32,000 bases of DNA from Candidatus Electrothrix yaqonensis (GTDB lineage Bacteria; Desulfobacterota; Desulfobulbia; Desulfobulbales; Desulfobulbaceae). The notes beneath the pieces are model-generated. The model searched no databases, was not told the DNA's origin, and saw only the letters and a program-made list of their open reading frames with translations. Of this stretch, positions 27,589 through 32,000 are shown piece by piece; positions within the stretch are counted from its first letter, which is position 1; each line of letters opens with the position of its first letter. The stretch is taken from assembly GCA_047651235.1 (NCBI GenBank), contig CP178758.1, positions 600,001-632,000 on the forward strand, given 5' to 3'. Position numbers and translations under genes: made by a program.

Positions 27589-28969
27589 CGCGATCAGAGA
27601 GCTTCATCAGCGGGAAGGTCACGGCAAAGAACATGAGTCCGGCGATGAGATAGTAGAGACCCGGTTCAAAGGTGACACTGATAATGGACTGGGCCTCGCG
27701 AATCAGCTCCGGGATGGAAATGATCGAGACCAGGGCCGTGTCTTTGAGCAGGGCCACCACGCAGTTCATCAAGGGCGGGATAGCAATGCGGAAGGCCTGG
27801 GGCCAGACCACAAAGCGGAAACGATCCAGGGGAGAAAGTCCCAAGGCCCGTGCTCCTAAGTCCTGACCCGGATCAACACTCATCAAGCCTGCCCGGATAA
27901 CCTCGGCCATATAAGCCATTGCGCAGATGCCCAGTGTAAGGATGGCTGCCGGAAAAGGCGACAAGCCCAGACCCAGCCAGACAAAGAGGAGCTGGATCAG
28001 GACAGGGGTGCCCCGGATAAAATCAACAAAGCCCCGCACCAGAAAATGAAGCGGCTTGAGGCTGCCGCGCTGAAAGGTCAACAGCAGGCCGCTGGGAATG
28101 GCTAAGATAAAGCCGAGCAGGAGCGCAGCCAGGGCTATGCCGAGACTGATAGCAAAGCCCTTGAGCAGCTTAGTCGCGATCACCGTGGGTTCCATAGTGC
28201 CGAGCGTGGTAGAGGAGGTCTTGCCCAGACCGAAATAACGCTGGTGGATGCCCTGCATGGTGCCGTCATCCTCCATTGCGGCCAAGGCCGTGTTGATCTG
28301 GCCGAGCAACTCCGGGTTGTCCTTACGCACCGGGATGCCGATGCGCTCCTTATAGAGCATCTCGCCCACCGGCACAAAGGGACGGCCTGCCTCCTTGATC
28401 TGCCAGGCTCCGACCAGCCGGTCGGTGACAAAGCCGGTGATCCGTTTCTGCTCCAGCATGGCAAAGATCTCGGCTGCTGATTTGAGGGTGACCACCTCAA
28501 CATCCGGGAATTTTTCTTCAAGGAAATGCTGGTAGGTCTCGCCGAGCACGACCGCAATGCGCAGGCCGTTGCACTCGCTGATTGAGTAAACCTTGTCCGG
28601 GTTGTCGCGGTGGACAAAGAGCTGGGCACCGGAATGGTAATAGGGGGTGGAGAAATCAACGCTCTCCTGCCGGGCAGGGGTGATGGCCATTGAGCCGATG
28701 ATGGCGTCGTATTTCTTTGCCAGCAAGCCTGCCAGAATGCCGTCCCATTCTGTGGCGATGATCCGTGATTCACGGTTGATGCGTTGGGCGATCTCCCGGC
28801 TGACATCCACGTCAAAACCTGCAAGGTTCCCCTGGTTGTCGTAATAGCTGAAGGGTGGAAACTTGCCGGTCAGGGCGGTGACGAATTCTTCCTCGGCTGC
28901 AGCGGGCCGGGGGCCTGCCAGGGTAAGGAAGGCAAGGGTTAGGGTGAGGATTATCCGGGCATAGTGCAT
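27548..28969 (-). CDS. Amino-acid ABC transporter, fused periplasmic substrate-binding domain + permease
   Basis: Signal peptide (..AGPRPAAA/EEE), a type-2 SBP domain (~aa 25-250), then a His/Glu/Gln/Arg-type permease with TMs and the EAA-like loop (ARALGLSPLDRFRFVVWPQA). Confidence 0.9.
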   Translation of the reverse strand: MHYARIILTLTLAFLTLAGPRPAAAEEEFVTALTGKFPPFSYYDNQGNLAGFDVDVSREIAQRINRESRIIATEWDGILAGLLAKKYDAIIGSMAITPARQESVDFSTPYYHSGAQLFVHRDNPDKVYSISECNGLRIAVVLGETYQHFLEEKFPDVEVVTLKSAAEIFAMLEQKRITGFVTDRLVGAWQIKEAGRPFVPVGEMLYKERIGIPVRKDNPELLGQINTALAAMEDDGTMQGIHQRYFGLGKTSSTTLGTMEPTVIATKLLKGFAISLGIALAALLLGFILAIPSGLLLTFQRGSLKPLHFLVRGFVDFIRGTPVLIQLLFVWLGLGLSPFPAAILTLGICAMAYMAEVIRAGLMSVDPGQDLGARALGLSPLDRFRFVVWPQAFRIAIPPLMNCVVALLKDTALVSIISIPELIREAQSIISVTFEPGLYYLIAGLMFFAVTFPLMKLSDRVERSIKAKGFAHD

Positions 28970-28995
28970 TGTGCCTCCTGTTGGTGATGGTTATT
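28394..28995. repeat. Right arm, part B of the inverted duplication (partner of 621..1217)
   Basis: See the left arm. It includes a 5-nt indel in the 5' UTR (aataaccATCACcaacaggagg). Confidence 0.85.
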
Positions 28996-29002
28996 GAGGC
29001 AG

Positions 29003-29389
29003 CTAGTTATCCTGCAGATTCTCCCGATTCTGCTGTCCGGCGATTTCCAGCAGTACATCAAATAAAGTCGGTTCACAACTTTTTGTGACCTCTTCTCCGT
29101 TATGCTTATGGTAAGGGTGGGTTGCGATGTCAGGGTGATGCGGCGCATTGTCATATCGAAAAACACAGGCATTCCGCTGATCCATATATTGATAGCGGTA
29201 TTTGACCTTTGCCGGTCTGTCAGTATCCTTGAGTTCCATGAACTCAAGACGACAGCCTGTATCGAACTGTACAGAGCCGCTGATATACCCCTGTCTGGCG
29301 TTGTACTGTTTTTTTCTGAGTGTTGAGCTTCGGATATTCGGGAACGCCTGAAGAACCTGTTCAACTTCCATGAAATAGGCGGCAATCAT
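29003..29389 (-). CDS. DUF6516 / 'TumE-family'-like putative toxin
   Basis: 128 aa. FRYDNAPHHPDIATHPYHKHNG is the motif I recall as diagnostic for DUF6516 proteins (annotated as TumE family toxins). ATGA overlap with the upstream small gene. Confidence 0.65.
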   Translation of the reverse strand: MIAAYFMEVEQVLQAFPNIRSSTLRKKQYNARQGYISGSVQFDTGCRLEFMELKDTDRPAKVKYRYQYMDQRNACVFRYDNAPHHPDIATHPYHKHNGEEVTKSCEPTLFDVLLEIAGQQNRENLQDN

Positions 29390-29694
29390 GCGAGTTCCCG
29401 CAGCCGACGCTCATTGTCCCGCAGCATTTCATAAAGGCCGGCCCACAGCATTGCGTCTTCACTGTCCTCGGTCAGGCCCTGTTCATACTGCTGATAAAAG
29501 GTCTCTGTTGACTGATTGTACTTCTCTTCAAAAGACTTTAAATCAAGCCGGATATTAAGCAGACTTTTTTGCATTTCACTGATCTGATAAGCGATGATAT
29601 TCTGTGCGAATGTCTCTTCATTTTCAGTATGCGCCAAAATCGTTTTCAGGCGTTGTTCTGTTTTCGGATCAAGTTGTAATTGTAGATTAAACAC
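29386..29694 (-). CDS. Putative cognate antitoxin/partner (small helical protein)
   Basis: 102 aa. GTG start with AAGGAG 4 nt upstream, and the stop overlaps the toxin start (ATGA). Predicted helical/coiled. No family recognised. Confidence 0.5.
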   Translation of the reverse strand: MFNLQLQLDPKTEQRLKTILAHTENEETFAQNIIAYQISEMQKSLLNIRLDLKSFEEKYNQSTETFYQQYEQGLTEDSEDAMLWAGLYEMLRDNERRLRELA

Positions 29695-29760
29695 GACGCT
29701 CCTTCTTGTTTCGGGGTTAAAAAATATAATCAGCAGCTTGCTGAACCGCCTTTAACCATA

Positions 29761-29919
29761 TTATAACTTCTGTTTCTGAAGATGGCGCAGGAAGGCGGCG
29801 AAAAGATTGCCAGCTATTCTGCCGTGATCAGCACTGGCCCCTGCCATTGCATAAACAGAGCCGTCAAGGTATTCCTGTTTGCTGATCTGCTGTTGCGGTT
29901 CCTGCTGAGGGATTGGCAT
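29761..29919 (-). pseudogene. Truncated Uma2 endonuclease paralog (52 codons)
   Basis: Translates to MPIPQQEPQQQISKQEYLDGSVYAMAGASADHGRIAGNLFAAFLRHLQKQKL*. This matches residues 1-63 of the protein at 23..622 with a 13-aa deletion, then stops. Confidence 0.8.
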
Positions 29920-29941
29920 GGGGATTACCTTATTTTTCTCA
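29767..29941. repeat. Right arm, part A of the inverted duplication (partner of 1..214)
   Basis: See the left arm. Confidence 0.8.
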
Positions 29942-30015
29942 AATTCGGTTGAGATTATTGATGAATTTATGATCGTTGGATAATGGCTATTGCATTTTTA
30001 ATTCTACTTTGGCAC

Positions 30016-31004
30016 TCACAAAGGCTGTGGTAATAATTTGCAATTCCGTTGTTTCTCATATGCGAAATCAATCGAAGCTTGCCTCTTTTCATGCCGTTGA
30101 CAAAGCTGTCTTATAACTTCATCTTCGTTTACATCTCGACGTGGAAGAATTGACTTGAGTAATGTTGTTATATCAGCGCAACTCAATAACGGGACACCGA
30201 CTTGATGGTATAATCGTTGCTCGACCATAAACAACATGGCCATCATGACCATAGTCATATGATGATGCCAAGCCAGCCATCCCCGAGCCTGATAATCACC
30301 CATTCCACATTCATTTTTTGCATCCTGAAATGGCCGTTCAACCCAATATCGTTGAGCTTGCATATATGCAAGTCGTCTTGTTGACGTGTTACTTTCCGCA
30401 TTACTTAGGCTATATTTAATTTTTTTCGGGGACTTAACCTCACGTCTGACAACTAATTCTACTTTGGTGACCATACCATTAACTATTTAATAATATTAAT
30501 AATACTAAAAACAGGGGTTTTTAAATACTTAATAAAAATAAGCTAGTTATGTTTATGATCGCCAAAGTAGAACTACTTGACAGTTGTCGGTTTTACCAAG
30601 CTGCCCGCACCATTGACGAGAAACCCCAACAGACATTTTACCCTTTTTGGGTATCCCGGATTCATCAATTAAAAGAGCGCTATCTTCCTTTCCTCCTAAA
30701 AGTTTATCTGCATCTTTAGCTACTTGGTTGTTTACAGGACGCCAATCCCAGTTCGAGTCGGAAAGAAAATACTGGAGGGGCTCATATTTAACGCCCGGAA
30801 CCTTTTCCTCCATACGTTCCATGTTTTTTTGTCAGACTGGAATAAACCTTTCAAGTATTGGAATGCTTTATCTGACAAACTTACTGTATGTCTCTTAAAA
30901 AAGAGATGATATCTTTCGTGAAAAGACGTAAGTTGCCGGGCGATGCCGGTCAACTCAAAGAATTTGTCATGGGGACTTCTTTTTTCGGGGCTGGGAGCGT
31001 TCAT
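30016..31004 (-). pseudogene. IS701-family DDE transposase in three pieces (frameshift, nested MITE, missing catalytic middle)
   Basis: N-terminus 31004..30823 (..FQYLKGLFQSDKK) has a frameshift in the T7 run 30824-30830. Piece 30822..30573 (MERMEEKV..LQYFLSDSNWDW..LLIDESGIPKKGK.SVGVSRQWCGQLGKTDNCQV) abuts the MITE. Piece 30456..30016 (..YSLSNAES...RYWVERPFQDAKNECGMGDYQARGWLAWHHHMTMVMMAMLF) is the C-terminus. The ~150-200 aa that normally carry the second Asp are absent. Confidence 0.75.
30457..30572. mobile_element. 116-bp MITE-like element, copy 2 (nested in the IS)
   Basis: Same length and ends as 5960..6075, with 4 mismatches by eye (aatGACaaa vs aatACTaaa; aagAtag vs aagCtag). Confidence 0.75.
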
Positions 31005-31189
31005 AAAAAGAATAAAGTTATAATCAGGGCGATTGACGGGTATTTTTTTGATAGCTGTTATCAGGTGCTATCTTGATCAAAAAGCGATAAAATTTTCCTA
31101 ATGAAAGATACAACTTTATCCGGATACTGCAAGAAGTTTTTACAAATAGATCAAAAGGTTATGGTTGACAAAGTAGAAGTAATCGTATG

Positions 31190-31681
31190 CTAATCAATCG
31201 GTAACTTCTGTTTCAATTTTTCTTCCTCTTCGTACATGCTGTCCAATGTCTGCTCAATAAGATCAATGATGGAATCAATATTTTCTAATTCCTCGGTACC
31301 GTGAACAACGTTTCGAACGTAACCAGCAATTTTTCCATAAGGTGACTCTTCCACATATACTTTTGCATATAGGACTGTTAGATCGCCATGCGCGTGTATT
31401 TGATCCCGTGCATCTATAATCCTTTGGTGCAGAGATAAATACTCAGGAGGTATACAATTCTGATCAAGTTGATGTTGATTAAGCTTTCCTTTAGCATTCT
31501 TGATATTCCCATACGAGTGTTTGTATGGTTTACAGTACTCGATGAGTGCAAACTGAAAAGCAGCATTAACTAATATTGGAGTTCCTGCTCCGGTCTTTAT
31601 CTCCTTTAATATTCTCCAAGCCGTATTCAGGTGCCAGATGCTCTCTCGGAAGAATACGAAATAGTCTCTTGCTGGTGTCAT
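31190..31681 (-). CDS. Hypothetical protein with an Abi-type HEPN-like motif
   Basis: 163 aa from ATG 31681 (the track start 31696 is TTG). AT-rich. ARDQIHAHGD fits the R-[ND]-x3-A-H-x-D (Rx4-6H) motif of AbiU2/AbiV-type HEPN domains. An upstream helix reads ..AAFQFALIEYCKPY. It abuts the IS end. Confidence 0.5.
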   Translation of the reverse strand: MTPARDYFVFFRESIWHLNTAWRILKEIKTGAGTPILVNAAFQFALIEYCKPYKHSYGNIKNAKGKLNQHQLDQNCIPPEYLSLHQRIIDARDQIHAHGDLTVLYAKVYVEESPYGKIAGYVRNVVHGTEELENIDSIIDLIEQTLDSMYEEEEKLKQKLPID

Positions 31682-32000
31682 ATATCTAAAGTACAATTAT
31701 ATTTTGGGGTTCATTAATCAACTAACGGTAAGCCTCATAACTGCTTCTGTCAACTGGAAAAGGAGGAGCCTTCTCCCTTCACTCCCCGCCGTTAAAACGG
31801 CGCGCTATTCTCTGCCGCCCCTCCGGGGCTGGGGCCGGAGGAAGACAGCGTCCCGGAGGTACTGCCGGAAATAGCCCGGTCTTTCAAGACCGGGATCGAA
31901 CTTCAAGCCCCTGTCCAGCGTAGACACGAAGAATTTCCCTCTGCCCTTCACCCATCGGGCCGATACCAAAGAAGATTAGTTTCTTGACAGGAGCACACAT

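Larger units (their letters stand above)
30002..31178 (-). mobile_element. Degenerate IS701-family-like insertion sequence
   Basis: Ends are TTCTACTTTGGCAC.. (30002-) and ..TTGACAAAGTAGAA (-31178), imperfect inverted repeats. Transposase fragments lie on the minus strand. The interior is interrupted by the MITE at 30457..30572. Confidence 0.7.

Noticed and set aside
31820-31860. SRP (4.5S) RNA-like string GGCCGGAGGAAGACAGCG
   Set aside because: It only superficially resembles GUCCGGAAGGAAGCAGCC. There is no GNRA tetraloop, the flanks do not form the domain IV helix, and no complementary 5'/3' ends were seen.
31885-31915. tRNA-like GGGATCGAAC (T-loop-like) motif
   Set aside because: The flanks cannot form a T stem or an acceptor stem, so no cloverleaf is possible.

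Overview
This is a bacterial chromosomal window with Gram-negative gene content (LptF/G permease, ClpS-ClpA, RecN). The Desulfobacterota-like impression is unverified. Housekeeping genes: recN, a ThiI-like PP-loop ATPase, a PAP2 phosphatase, an RNase G - M23 peptidase - LptF/G operon, holA, clpS-clpA, a transglutaminase-like protein, a coupled sps-spp sucrose module, argD and an amino-acid ABC transporter. They are interrupted by three accessory patches. (1) 4.1-8.2 kb, next to the 3' end of tRNA-Arg(CCG), holds an oleate hydratase with visibly different codon choice, a 116-bp MITE, and a translationally coupled XRE-HTH/ImmA-IrrE metallopeptidase + DUF4411 PIN-like nuclease pair. That pair is my best candidate for an uncharacterised toxin/defence-type system. 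(2) 23.96-25.32 kb is an ISKra4-like IS with 23-bp terminal inverted repeats and a transposase frameshifted at an A8 run. (3) 29.0-31.7 kb holds a DUF6516/TumE-like two-gene cassette, a degenerate IS701-like element carrying a second copy of the MITE at an internal deletion junction, and an AbiU2/AbiV-type HEPN-like orphan. The window is also bracketed by an inverted, reciprocally decayed duplication: Uma2 endonuclease + ABC substrate-binding domain at 1-1217 versus 28394-29941. No rRNA, CRISPR array or integrase was seen. All calls rest on reading the sequence and on recalled family motifs; no database search was run.
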